Source of the DNA: Rickettsiales bacterium
GTDB taxonomy: Bacteria > Pseudomonadota > Alphaproteobacteria > Rickettsiales > UBA3002
Reading direction: 5' to 3'
Length of the DNA: 64,000 nucleotides
NCBI GenBank assembly: GCA_046154225.1
Contig: JBJXEM010000013.1
Span: 27,388 to 91,387 of the forward strand
Position 1 is the first letter of the stretch. Each line of letters starts with the position of its first letter. Shown here piece by piece: positions 10,446-19,830 of this stretch. The notes under the pieces were generated by a model. The model searched no databases, was not told the origin of the DNA, and saw only the letters and a list, made by a program, of their open reading frames with translations. The position numbers were made by a program, and so were the translations under genes.

Positions 10446-11504
10446 CTATCGTCCGGTGATCGGCTCGGATAAAAACTCCGCGATGCGTGCTGCGATTTTT
10501 ATACTAGCATCGCCCATGCCATAGTCGTCGATGTCGCGGCGCGGCGCATAATCTGCCGCAGTCCACAAGCGATTCCAGCCAGCGTCGACGGTTTCGACCC
10601 ATTCGGTTTCATCGCGCAGGGTCACGCAGGGCACGCGGTGGAAATAGGCTTCTTTCTGCAATCCGCCAGAATCGGTATAAAGCGCGCACGCATGATGCAA
10701 CAGCCACGCCATATCGAGATAAGCCAGCGGTGGAATAAGGCGTATGTTGCGAGGCAGGACCGGCAATCCATCCAAGAGTTTTTGGGTACGCGGATGCACC
10801 GGCATGACAATCGGCTGCTCGGCGCCTTGCGCTTCAAGCCACGCCAGCAGTGCCGCAAACCGCGTCGGGTCATCGGTATTCTCGGCGCGGTGCAGGGTGG
10901 CGAGTGCGTAGCTCTTCGGGGTGAGCGCCAAGTCATTCAGGATCGTCGAGTGAGCGCCTGCGCGTTCAATCGCGGCTTGCGTCGCGTCCATCATCACGTC
11001 GCCCACATGCACTACCCCATGCTGGATATTTTCACGTGCCAGATGCGCGACCGCGGTGGCCGTGGGGCAGAACAGCAATGCACTGAGATGGTCGACCATC
11101 ACGCGGTTGATTTCTTCGGGCATGGCGCGGTTGAAGGACCGCAGGCCCGCCTCGACATGGGCAATCGGGATGCCCAGTTTGGCCGCGGCAAGCGCACCCG
11201 CTAACGTCGAGTTGGTATCGCCATACACCAGCATCAGCGCCGGTTTTTCCTCCAGCAAAATAGCCTCAATGGCCTCAAGCATGCGCCCCGTCATCGCCCC
11301 GTGACCGAGGCTGTGAATGGCCAGATGGTGCTTCGGGGCCGGCATGTCGAATTCACGAAAAAACTGGGCCGACATGGCATCGTCGAAATGCTGGCCGGTA
11401 TGGACCATGATTTCCGTGATACCCGCCACCGCCAAGGCGCGACTGACCGGCGCAGCTTTAATGAACTGCGGCCGTGCACCGACAACACTGAGAACTACGG
11501 ACAT
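10446..11504 (-). CDS. wecB: Non-hydrolysing UDP-N-acetylglucosamine(uronate) 2-epimerase (WecB/WbpI/WlbD family)
   Basis: VVGARPQFIK, HTGQH, VYGDTNSTLAGA, HVEAGLRS, TDSGGLQKEA; start at MSVV. Confidence 0.93.
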   Translation of the reverse strand: MSVVLSVVGARPQFIKAAPVSRALAVAGITEIMVHTGQHFDDAMSAQFFREFDMPAPKHHLAIHSLGHGAMTGRMLEAIEAILLEEKPALMLVYGDTNSTLAGALAAAKLGIPIAHVEAGLRSFNRAMPEEINRVMVDHLSALLFCPTATAVAHLARENIQHGVVHVGDVMMDATQAAIERAGAHSTILNDLALTPKSYALATLHRAENTDDPTRFAALLAWLEAQGAEQPIVMPVHPRTQKLLDGLPVLPRNIRLIPPLAYLDMAWLLHHACALYTDSGGLQKEAYFHRVPCVTLRDETEWVETVDAGWNRLWTAADYAPRRDIDDYGMGDASIKIAARIAEFLSEPITGR

Positions 11505-11544
11505 GAGGGCACGCGCCTTGCCGCAGCCGGAGCGTACAGCCGCA

Positions 11545-12003
11545 TTACGCCATCGACGGTTTGTTGAACCGCTTCCAGATGAACGCATCGAGCGAAATTT
11601 TGCCGGGTCCCTGCGCCACAACCATCAGGCAGATCAGCGCCCAGAACGGCGCCACCATGTTCATGTCGGTGTTGTAAATAATGGCGCTCATCACAATCAG
11701 CCCCGCCGCGCCGAAACGTGCGAACAGCCCAATCGCCAGCAGCGTTGAAAGCCCGAGTTCACCCATCATGCCCATCCACGCGGCAGCTTTCACCGACAGC
11801 AGCGGCACATGGTAATCTTCAAACAGGAAATACAGCGAGTCGAGGTCGTCGTTGCGCACATAGCTAAATTTAAGCCAGCCTGACTTGAAAAAGTCGTTGG
11901 CGACGAACAAGCGTGCCGCCAGCAACGCCAGCGGGGCCAGATACTTGTTAGCGGCTGCCAGCAGTGGCGTGAGCTTGTCGTTGAGGGTTGTGATCAGTTG
12001 CAT
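11545..12003 (-). CDS. DoxX family membrane protein (bufferin operon, BufD-like)
   Basis: ARLFVANDFFKSGWLK, GLFARFGA, GPGKISLD; AGGAGA RBS. Confidence 0.85.
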   Translation of the reverse strand: MQLITTLNDKLTPLLAAANKYLAPLALLAARLFVANDFFKSGWLKFSYVRNDDLDSLYFLFEDYHVPLLSVKAAAWMGMMGELGLSTLLAIGLFARFGAAGLIVMSAIIYNTDMNMVAPFWALICLMVVAQGPGKISLDAFIWKRFNKPSMA

Positions 12004-12013
12004 CTGGTTCTCC

Positions 12014-12775
12014 TTAAATCTCGTCCGCCGCGAAGCTTTGTGAAGCCACGTGCCGCGACAGGAAAGCGGTTGGATCGAAGCGGGCGTCGGCTTCCATCGC
12101 CTCGGCCAACGCCTGTTGCAGCGGAATCTGCCTGATGAGCGCGCCAAGCGCAAGAAATTCTGCATGGGTGAGAGTGAGTATCTCGACTTCAAGCCCGGGG
12201 CGTTGCACCAGCAACCACCGGCGCCGGGCCACAATCTCCGGTGCATCCGCCTGCATTTCGCAAAACCGCCAGATGGCATCGGCCGGGTAATCCAGCGCTA
12301 CCAGTTGCGACGATTGCCGCAAGCGCAGCGGCTTTTCCAGTAGCGTTTCAGGCCCAGTGGCGGCGAGGGTTTCGGCGTTGAATGCCGTATCATTGTGCGC
12401 CAGAAATGCGCGGTTCCACGCCCACTCGAACCGGGCCACATCCGCCAGATAGCCAAGCGATTGCGCGGGGGCATACTGCGCGATGAACGCAGCAAATTGC
12501 GCGCCATACTGGTTCACATCGCCCAGTTGCGGCGGGTGGGCGGCCACATAATCGCGCGCCAATTGCGTAAAAAATTCTTCGCCCACCAGCTTACACACCG
12601 CGCTGTAAGTCTCGCCCAGCACATCGCGCAGCCCCAACACCACATTCGCATGATACACCCCCATGCGATCGCGTGGGGTGATGGCGGCATCGGCAGGCAA
12701 CAACGCCCCGAGCGGCGTTTCGTCATGTGCCAATGCAGCACTGACAAACTGCGACTGGAACTTAGGCAGCAACAT
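12014..12775 (-). CDS. bufC: DUF2063 MNIO partner protein (BufC/HvfC-like)
   Basis: FQSQF, RMGVY, LVGEEFF, YG-F-F, YLADVARFEWA; overlaps the DUF692 gene. Confidence 0.85.
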   Translation of the reverse strand: MLLPKFQSQFVSAALAHDETPLGALLPADAAITPRDRMGVYHANVVLGLRDVLGETYSAVCKLVGEEFFTQLARDYVAAHPPQLGDVNQYGAQFAAFIAQYAPAQSLGYLADVARFEWAWNRAFLAHNDTAFNAETLAATGPETLLEKPLRLRQSSQLVALDYPADAIWRFCEMQADAPEIVARRRWLLVQRPGLEVEILTLTHAEFLALGALIRQIPLQQALAEAMEADARFDPTAFLSRHVASQSFAADEI

Positions 12776-13607
12776 GGGCTGCTCCGTGCGCCATACGCGT
12801 TTCGGCTTGTGCTGCTTCGGCCAGCAACACGTCGAGCGTCGGCAAATCCTTATCCCATTCGACGAGCGTCGGCACCGCACCAAATCGCGCAATGGCCGTG
12901 TCGTACAGCGCCCACACCGCTTCACTCACCGGGCGGCTATGGGTGTCGATGTACAATGTTCGGTCGCCAAATGCCTGCTCGATATGCCCCGCAAGGTGAA
13001 TTTCCTGAACCGCCGAAATGGGCAACCGTGTGAGGTAATCCAGCGCGTCGAGCCCATGGTTATGGGCCTGCACATGAATATTGTTCACATCGAGCAAAAT
13101 ACCGCAGCCCGTGAGGTGCGAGGCTTCTGCCATGAAATCGGCTTCGTGCAGGGTGGAATGCGTAAACGTGACATAGGTCGAGGGGTTTTCAATCAGAATT
13201 TGACGCCCTAGTGTGTCTTGCACAATGGCGATATTGCGGCACAGCGCCGCCAAACTTTCTTCGGTGTATGGCAGCGGCAGCAAATCGTTCAGATGCGCAT
13301 TGCCGCTGGCGCTCCAGGAAGCATGGTCCGACACCCGGACGGGGTCGTGGCGGTCGACCAGTTGCTTTAATTGTGCGAGATGTTGGTGGCTCACCGCATG
13401 GGCAGAACCGAGGGAGAGCCCTACCCCATGAAACGACACGGGATAGAGCTCTCGCACTTTGGTCAGACGGTCGGCATGCAGCCCGCCACAGAAATAATTT
13501 TCCGGGTGAACTTCCAGCCAGCCAATGTCGGGGCGGCCGTCAAGCAACGCATCAACATGCGGGGCTCGAAGGCCAATCCCGGCGCGGCTGCTGGATACAG
13601 GCTGCAT
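12762..13607 (-). CDS. bufB: Multinuclear non-heme iron oxidase (DUF692, BufB-like)
   Basis: GIGLRAPH, EVHPENY, HGVGLSLGS, SDH, IENPSTY, LLDVNN, EIHLAGH, IDTH, EWD. Confidence 0.95.
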   Translation of the reverse strand: MQPVSSSRAGIGLRAPHVDALLDGRPDIGWLEVHPENYFCGGLHADRLTKVRELYPVSFHGVGLSLGSAHAVSHQHLAQLKQLVDRHDPVRVSDHASWSASGNAHLNDLLPLPYTEESLAALCRNIAIVQDTLGRQILIENPSTYVTFTHSTLHEADFMAEASHLTGCGILLDVNNIHVQAHNHGLDALDYLTRLPISAVQEIHLAGHIEQAFGDRTLYIDTHSRPVSEAVWALYDTAIARFGAVPTLVEWDKDLPTLDVLLAEAAQAETRMAHGAAHVAA

Positions 13608-13630
13608 GCGACCGGTGTCTGCGATTGGGC

Positions 13631-13900
13631 CTATTTCGGCTCAGTCAGCGAACCGTGAGCCAAGCGCTCGCACAGGCCTTTCGGCACGGCGATGAAGCCT
13701 TGGCCATCGGCTTTAGCGGTGCCTGCACACGACGCACCAGCGCCGCCGCAGTCATTTTTACCGGCTTTTGCAATGCCGTAGCATTTTTCTTTGCCACCGG
13801 CTTTTTCGGCAGCGGCGTTAGCCGAGAGAGCGAAACCAGCGATAGCAGCCGTTGCAGCAGCGATCATGAGCGACTTTTGAATGGTGGTAACGGTTTTCAT
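13631..13900 (-). CDS. bufA1: Bufferin precursor peptide (DUF2282, BufA1 family)
   Basis: Sec signal peptide then [14 protein letters not shown]...SCAG...VPKGLCERL with four Cys; GAGGA RBS. Confidence 0.92.
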   Translation of the reverse strand: MKTVTTIQKSLMIAAATAAIAGFALSANAAAEKAGGKEKCYGIAKAGKNDCGGAGASCAGTAKADGQGFIAVPKGLCERLAHGSLTEPK

Positions 13901-14082
13901 AACAAATTCCTCTAAGTGTAGAAGTCAGTCCGGTGGGGGATTCCACCTGCGCTGCTGTATAAAGGATAAATTGTAAGGCAGGAATACTTTTTATCGCCAA
14001 ACAACAAAAACTTTTTGTAACTTTTCCTGTGTGGCCATTGCTGTTATTTATCAAGTCTGGTAGCTCCACCCGCGAGCGTCGC

Positions 14083-14844
14083 TCAGCTTGACCACTTCAC
14101 CTGACGCAACAACCAAAAATACGCGCCATAGGGCAGCAACGACAGCAGTTTCATCACGCGCGAAAAGCGTTTGGGGAAATCGATCTCGAAGCGCGTTTGC
14201 TGCAGGCCGCGCACGATATAATCGGCCGCACGCTCGGGCGTAATGATGCACGGCATGGTGAAATCGTTACGGTCCGTCAGACGTGTTTTTACAAAGCCCG
14301 GATTAATAATTTGCACCTGAATATTCGTGCGCGCCAGATCGGCCCGTAAATTCTCCGCGAGGTGAATAAGCGCCGCTTTGCTCGCCCCATAACCCAGCGC
14401 CGCCGGCAACCCGCGATAGCCCGCCACACTTCCCACCAGCGCGATATGGCCCGCATTGCGCGCCATAAAATCGGGCAGCACCCACGCCAGCATGTTCAGC
14501 GCGCCGTTAAAATTCACGTCCACCATCCGCGCGATTTTGCTGCGGTCAAAATGCGCCGCATCCATAGGCTCGTAGGCGCCTGCATTGTAAATCACCCGAT
14601 CAAGCGGGCGGCCTGCGCCCGACACACTCTGCCACGCCGCAGCGACACTTGTCGGGTCGGTCACGTCGCACGGCACTACGCGGTGCGTGCCGGGTAGTGC
14701 GGCGGCCACGGCATGGAGTGCATCGGCGTTGCGCGCCGAGAGTACCAGCTCCGCCCCCGCTTCGGCCAAGCGTTGCGCCAGTGCCGCCCCAATGCCCTCA
14801 CTCGCCCCGATGAGCCAGATCGATTGACCGCTAAATACTTTCAT
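14083..14844 (-). CDS. Short-chain dehydrogenase/reductase
   Basis: GASEGIG, YNAG, YGASK, PGFVKT. Confidence 0.9.
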   Translation of the reverse strand: MKVFSGQSIWLIGASEGIGAALAQRLAEAGAELVLSARNADALHAVAAALPGTHRVVPCDVTDPTSVAAAWQSVSGAGRPLDRVIYNAGAYEPMDAAHFDRSKIARMVDVNFNGALNMLAWVLPDFMARNAGHIALVGSVAGYRGLPAALGYGASKAALIHLAENLRADLARTNIQVQIINPGFVKTRLTDRNDFTMPCIITPERAADYIVRGLQQTRFEIDFPKRFSRVMKLLSLLPYGAYFWLLRQVKWSS

Positions 14845-16102
14845 GCGTCATCCTTTCGCGCGCGATGGGGCTGAACATCAACAGCGCCAAGGCCCCTACC
14901 TTAAACAATGAGGGTAATAATGCATAGCCCAGCCGCAGCGCGTCAAGCCCGGTTTCGCTTGGCGCGGGCGTGGTGTAGCCCCACGCATATAGCAGCGGCA
15001 GTGCGATGCCTGCCGCCAGCGCAAGGGTAAATTTGCTGATGAAATTCCAGATGCCGAACGCGAGGCCACCCCCTTCGTCGCGTTTGCCCAGCGCATCGGC
15101 CAGCAAGGCAGGCAGCAAGGTTAAATCACCCCCGAGCGCCGCGCCCGATGCGACACAGATCGCGATGAACGCCATACTGTCACCCGCTTGCAGCTGATAG
15201 GCGAACAGGAACGAAGCAATCGCCAGCCCCATCGCCCCCATCAACGCGCGACGTTTTCCAACATGGTCTGCGAGCTTCACCCACAGCGGCATCACTAGCA
15301 CCGCACTCAGAAAATAAACCCCGAGAAAAATCCCGCTCCATGATTCATGGTGCAGGATGTCGGTGACAAAAAACAGAAACAGCGTCGCGGTGATAGAGGG
15401 CGGAATCGCGTTCAGGAAAAACAAAGCAAAAATCCAACGCAACGGGCGGTTATCCTTCAGGCTACGCCAGGGCGATGTGACGCTGTGCGCAGAAGCCTGC
15501 GGCATAGGCATACGCCGCAAGCTCACCCACGCCGCCAGCGCTAACACCGCCACAAAACTCACCGCAAAAATATGGTACGCGCGCGCGGGCGAAACCCAGT
15601 TGATTAACACCGTCGGCAGCGTCGAAGCGAGCAGCACGCCCGCAATCACCGCCCCTTCGCGCCACGCCGAAACCCGTGCCGTATGTTGCGGCGCGCGCGA
15701 AAGGCGCAGACCGGTCGCATAAAAATAAATCATGAGCACGCTGTACGAGCCGTAGGTGAGGGCAAGCAGCAATCCCATACTCACGATCGGGCTAAAACCC
15801 TCGGTGAGTGACGGCAGGTAAAACAGCCCCAGCACACCCAGCGCCGCCGTCATACAAGCAACGCGCATAATGGTTTTTTGATGGTGCGCGAACCGGTCAG
15901 CAAAATAGCCAATCCACGGGTCGGCGAGGCAATCGAGCAGCCGCGCGAAAAACATCACCGCGCCGATGGTGGCGAGCGTTGTGGGCAGCGTGTCGGCATA
16001 GTATTTCGGCAAATGCACATACAGCGGCAGGCCGATAAACCCGAGCGGCAACCCGAAAAACGCATAGCGCAACAACGCGCGGCGGGTGGGGGCCTCGCTC
16101 AT
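14831..16102 (-). CDS. MFS transporter (GPH/melibiose-symporter-like)
   Basis: About 12 TM segments, RLLDCLADPWIGYFADR, LADHVGKR; ATG overlaps the upstream stop. Confidence 0.85.
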   Translation of the reverse strand: MSEAPTRRALLRYAFFGLPLGFIGLPLYVHLPKYYADTLPTTLATIGAVMFFARLLDCLADPWIGYFADRFAHHQKTIMRVACMTAALGVLGLFYLPSLTEGFSPIVSMGLLLALTYGSYSVLMIYFYATGLRLSRAPQHTARVSAWREGAVIAGVLLASTLPTVLINWVSPARAYHIFAVSFVAVLALAAWVSLRRMPMPQASAHSVTSPWRSLKDNRPLRWIFALFFLNAIPPSITATLFLFFVTDILHHESWSGIFLGVYFLSAVLVMPLWVKLADHVGKRRALMGAMGLAIASFLFAYQLQAGDSMAFIAICVASGAALGGDLTLLPALLADALGKRDEGGGLAFGIWNFISKFTLALAAGIALPLLYAWGYTTPAPSETGLDALRLGYALLPSLFKVGALALLMFSPIARERMTHESI

Positions 16103-16626
16103 GTAACGCAGCGCAGCAGCGCGCGACGCAATTCCGGCTCCGAGGTTTTTTCCGACACCCAAATGTCGAGAAAAGGTTTTGCTAAATCCGGGGGTAGCCG
16201 GGAGAGCAGTTTACCGTTTTGATACATGGCGGCCCCGCGCTTGGGCTCATACAGGGCGGTCAGGCGATCACCCTCGCGCACATCGGCGAACGAAGCTGCG
16301 TAACGTTGGCGCAGCGACGCTTCTTGCTCAGGCGCATAACGGCCATGGATTTTCTCAAGTTCGCTGATGGTATTGTCGGCCAAATCTTCCTTCGTGGCAT
16401 CGATGCCGTAGACAAGCGACAGCGCAAATGGCGTGCGGTAATCAAGTGGGCCTGCGTCTTTCCACAAGGTGGCATCGTACACATGGAAGAAGAATTTATG
16501 CAGCGAGCCTTCGCCGCACGGGCTTTTGGCGTGGATGGCCGCGAGCTCCGGCGGTTTGTCGGCGGCACTCGCTCCGGTGGCGATAAACGCCGCAACTAGT
16601 AGCACAGCTGCATGACGGATTTTCAT
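16099..16626 (-). CDS. Exported chalcone-isomerase-like protein
   Basis: Signal peptide; FFFHVYDATLW, DVREGDRL, FLDIWVSEKTSEPELRRALL. Confidence 0.8.
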   Translation of the reverse strand: MKIRHAAVLLVAAFIATGASAADKPPELAAIHAKSPCGEGSLHKFFFHVYDATLWKDAGPLDYRTPFALSLVYGIDATKEDLADNTISELEKIHGRYAPEQEASLRQRYAASFADVREGDRLTALYEPKRGAAMYQNGKLLSRLPPDLAKPFLDIWVSEKTSEPELRRALLRCVT

Positions 16627-16707
16627 TACCCCTCCGGATTAAGTGGGTGCTAGAAGTAACAAAATCACACTGGTCAGTCTAGTAAAATTTGACTGATGAG
16701 TCTAATT

Positions 16708-17292
16708 TTATGGAGTGGCGACCGGTACGGCGAGTGCGGCTTCCACTGCCTTTGTCAGCCGGTCGGCATCCGGCGCGGTGGTGGAGTTGAAATAATCCAC
16801 CAGCTTCCCGTCGCGGCCAATCAGGTATTTATGAAAGTTCCATTTAGGTGCCGTACCAAAACCCAGCGTGTCGCTGGCCCACGCGTAAAATGGGTGCGCG
16901 CCGTGGCCCGACACCACTTCCTTTGCCGCCATCGGGAACGTCACGCCGTAATTAAGTTTGCAAAAATGCGCGATCTGCGCGCTGTCGCCCGGCTCCTGCC
17001 CACCGAAATCGTTGCTCGGCACCCCGAGGACCACCAGCCCTTTATCCTTGTAGGTCTCGTACAGTTTCTCGAGCCCCTCATATTGCGGCGTAAACCCACA
17101 TTCCGACGCAGTGTTCACCACCAAAAGCACTTTGCCCTTAAACTGCGAAAGCAGCATGGGCTTGCCGCCGATGAGGGCGGTGAACTGATAGTCATAGGCG
17201 CTGCCCTTCTGGGCTTCGATGGCTTTGGCGGACGGCGAAAATAACGAGAACATAAGCACTCCCACAAGCAGGCTGATAAAACGACAATCCAT
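16708..17292 (-). CDS. Glutathione peroxidase (Cys type)
   Basis: GKVLLVVNTASECGFTPQY, PSNDFGGQEPG, PKWNFHKYLI. Confidence 0.95.
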   Translation of the reverse strand: MDCRFISLLVGVLMFSLFSPSAKAIEAQKGSAYDYQFTALIGGKPMLLSQFKGKVLLVVNTASECGFTPQYEGLEKLYETYKDKGLVVLGVPSNDFGGQEPGDSAQIAHFCKLNYGVTFPMAAKEVVSGHGAHPFYAWASDTLGFGTAPKWNFHKYLIGRDGKLVDYFNSTTAPDADRLTKAVEAALAVPVATP

Positions 17293-17295
17293 GGC

Positions 17296-17994
17296 TTACG
17301 CTTTCAGTTTAGGGCGAACGCGCGACAACCCACCATCGATCGCCAGTACTTGGCCGGTGATCCAATCATTGGCGGGGTCGAGTAAAAAAACAATGCCGCG
17401 TGCGATGGCGTCCGGCGTGCCCAAACGCCCCAGCGCATGCATCGATTCGGAAAATTTGCGCGCCGTATCGTTACCGGTGAGTGCTGCGGTCAGCGGCGTT
17501 TCGGTAAGACCCGGCGCCACAGCATTAAAGCGCAAATTGGCCGGCGCATACGTCGCCGCAGCCGAGCGCATGAGGCCAATCACCCCGGCTTTGGCGGCAG
17601 CAATCGCTTCGTGGTTGGCAAGCCCTTCCATGGCCGCGGCCGATGATACCAGCACTACCGAACCGCCCTGCCCCATATGCTTACCCGCCGCGCGCACGGT
17701 GGCAAACGCGGTGGTCAGCGACGCGTCGATGACGGATTGGTATTGCGCGTGGGTGGTTAAATGTGCCGATTTCAGCAACAACGAACCGCTGCAATTCACC
17801 ACGCCGTCAAGCGCGCCTGCTTGCTGGAATACCTCATCGACTGCATCGAAATCGGTCGCGTCGAGCACGGCATCGGGGGTTATTTTATCGCCATTGCGCG
17901 CAGTAGTGAACACCGTATGCCCCGCGTGCCGCAATTGCTGTGTGGTGGCTCGGCCGATGCCGCTACTCGCGGCAATCACCAGGAAATGCGCCAT
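17296..17994 (-). CDS. SDR family oxidoreductase (atypical)
   Basis: AASSGIG, NAVAPGLTETP, ITGQVLAIDGG; catalytic Tyr replaced (IAAAK). Confidence 0.85.
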   Translation of the reverse strand: MAHFLVIAASSGIGRATTQQLRHAGHTVFTTARNGDKITPDAVLDATDFDAVDEVFQQAGALDGVVNCSGSLLLKSAHLTTHAQYQSVIDASLTTAFATVRAAGKHMGQGGSVVLVSSAAAMEGLANHEAIAAAKAGVIGLMRSAAATYAPANLRFNAVAPGLTETPLTAALTGNDTARKFSESMHALGRLGTPDAIARGIVFLLDPANDWITGQVLAIDGGLSRVRPKLKA

Positions 17995-18104
17995 GTTGCC
18001 TCGCCTGTGCCGTGTGGGTGAACGCAAAATTCACTTCCTTCATGCCACAGGGTGCCGCGAAAGTAGCTTAAATAAATTGTAATGCGCGATTGCTTGACCG
18101 CGTG

Positions 18105-18133
18105 CTGCAAAAAAACATACTCAATGGTATAGT
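18105..18133 (+). promoter_or_regulatory. Candidate sigma70 promoter on the + strand
   Basis: CTGCAA-N17-TATAGT with extended TG; overlapping TTGACC-N16-CATACT at 18094..18121. Confidence 0.45.
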
Positions 18134-18160
18134 AAGTGCCAAAATGTTTCGTAGCAGCTT

Positions 18161-18194
18161 CCCGTGATAGGGGTCGCCCCTATCACGGGTTTTT
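18161..18194 (+). terminator. Intrinsic terminator with U-tract on the + strand
   Basis: Perfect 13-bp stem CCCGTGATAGGGG-TCG-CCCCTATCACGGG followed by TTTTT. Confidence 0.75.
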
Positions 18195-18217
18195 GCGAGT
18201 TGAGCTTGGGTTTTTTA

Positions 18218-18856
18218 TTACTGGTAGGCCCACCAGTTGCTCTCGTTAATGGCGTAAATCGGGCGATAGCGCGTGGTGTGGTTTTCGGCTACAATCTTCT
18301 GGGTTTGGTTGTCTAGCAGGTAGCGCGTGTCGTCGTTGGTTAGTTCCAGCACCGCATGCATTTCGCCACCCCGGTTCATGTCGCGCACGATCATGATCCG
18401 CATGTCGTCGGCACTCACGCCGAGGCGCTGCAATGTGAGGTATTTCGCAATCGCATAATCTTCGCAATCACCGCCGCGCGCCATGGTTTCATAGGGGGTC
18501 TGCCAGAAATCGACGATGCCCCAATTCGCTTCGTCGGTAATGTAAGGCACCGCGTTGAAAAACGCATTTACGGCTTTCATTTGCTCGTCGACCGGCTTGC
18601 CATCGAGGTCGCTGATGAGTTTTTCCCATTTCACGTTGGTACAGCTTTCATCGGTGCATTCTTCGTCGACCGACGCTTTTTGTTCCTCGTAGCGCGGCAG
18701 AATGGCCGTCCATTTGGTGAAGGCCGAAAGATCGTCGGATTCGGTTTGCTGGCCGCCAAAGAACGCACTGCCTGCAGCCTGAGCTGGGTTGTGTACCACC
18801 AGCAGCAGCAAGGCGGCGGTGGCGGCAAGGTGGCGAACTGTTTTTCTCTCGATCAT
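18218..18856 (-). CDS. lapG: Periplasmic transglutaminase-like cysteine protease (BTLCP/peptidase C93, LapG-like)
   Basis: Signal peptide; VNAFFN, D-NWG-DFWQTPYE, GDCEDYAIAKY (Cys), HAVL (His), LDN (Asp). Confidence 0.9.
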   Translation of the reverse strand: MIERKTVRHLAATAALLLLVVHNPAQAAGSAFFGGQQTESDDLSAFTKWTAILPRYEEQKASVDEECTDESCTNVKWEKLISDLDGKPVDEQMKAVNAFFNAVPYITDEANWGIVDFWQTPYETMARGGDCEDYAIAKYLTLQRLGVSADDMRIMIVRDMNRGGEMHAVLELTNDDTRYLLDNQTQKIVAENHTTRYRPIYAINESNWWAYQ

Positions 18857-19030
18857 TAAGTTAATGATACGAGGAGAATATTGCCTAAACGTTAACGATG
18901 GTTACGAGGTTTCCGCACCACTGGAAACCATTTAACCTTATGATTTAACTTATTTAATAAGGTATTTTAACGGTCATAATTTAAGCAATTTACTTAAAAT
19001 GCTACCATAAAAATGAAGGTTAAGCCCTTA

Positions 19031-19825
19031 CTACGAGGCATTCGCCGGTGTCAGGTCGGCGAGGCGCTTCCAGTTCGAGGTCGAGGCCAGCGCCAGATAA
19101 ATGAACGGCAGCCAGCCTTTGCTGCGGAACTCGTTAAAAACAGACTCGGGCAGCGCATTGAACGCCGCTTCGTCGATCATCTGGAAGCCGCTGAGCTGTA
19201 GTTGACGGCCACTGGGCGCATTAAACGCGGTCTGGTAAGGCGATAGCAGCGCGTGCGCCACTAAATCCGCACAAAAATTCTGGGTCATGCGGCGGTGCTG
19301 GTAATATTGCGTGCAGAATTGCAAAGCGTGGTTGGCAAGCTCGGTCGGTTTGCCTTCTGCGTCGTACAGCGGCTGGCCGCCCTCTGCTGGACCCTCGCTG
19401 TACTGCACGGCAGCTTCGTCAACACAAAGGTAGAATTTATCGTCCCCCGCCTGCTCCATGAAGATAAACGGGTATTGGCGCGCATAGGCGGGCACATAAT
19501 CGCCCGTGCGCCACTGACCAGCGCCATCGACCATCAGGTTGCGCTGCTCGAGTCCCAGCACGGCGACAGGCACCGGCTCCGCGCCCACCGAGAACACGAT
19601 GGGATAGGATTTCACCGCCTCGATAAACTCGATGGCATTGAGCGGCACCGAGTTCGCGTCGCGCGTAAAACGGTAATCGACCGCCGGCAGAATAGTAGCG
19701 GCAGCATGGCGCACGCGGTCGAGCAGCCGGGGCTCACGGAAATACAGCGGCAATTCCGAAGCTGCTTGGTTCACTTGCGCCGTTGCTTGTGCTTCGGCTT
19801 TAGCGCTCTTCTCACGTTTTGCCAT
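19031..19825 (-). CDS. sapC: SapC family protein
   Basis: EF-EA-YPIVF, PVAVLGL, NL-VD-GQW, YVPAY-RQYPF, GF-IDE-F-LP, SxxNW. Confidence 0.88.
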   Translation of the reverse strand: MAKREKSAKAEAQATAQVNQAASELPLYFREPRLLDRVRHAAATILPAVDYRFTRDANSVPLNAIEFIEAVKSYPIVFSVGAEPVPVAVLGLEQRNLMVDGAGQWRTGDYVPAYARQYPFIFMEQAGDDKFYLCVDEAAVQYSEGPAEGGQPLYDAEGKPTELANHALQFCTQYYQHRRMTQNFCADLVAHALLSPYQTAFNAPSGRQLQLSGFQMIDEAAFNALPESVFNEFRSKGWLPFIYLALASTSNWKRLADLTPANAS

Positions 19826-19830
19826 GGCTA

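Noticed and set aside
10446-12925. Longest ORF starts from the track (11621, 12279, 12925)
   Set aside because: The extensions overlap upstream genes; downstream ATGs fit the family N-termini
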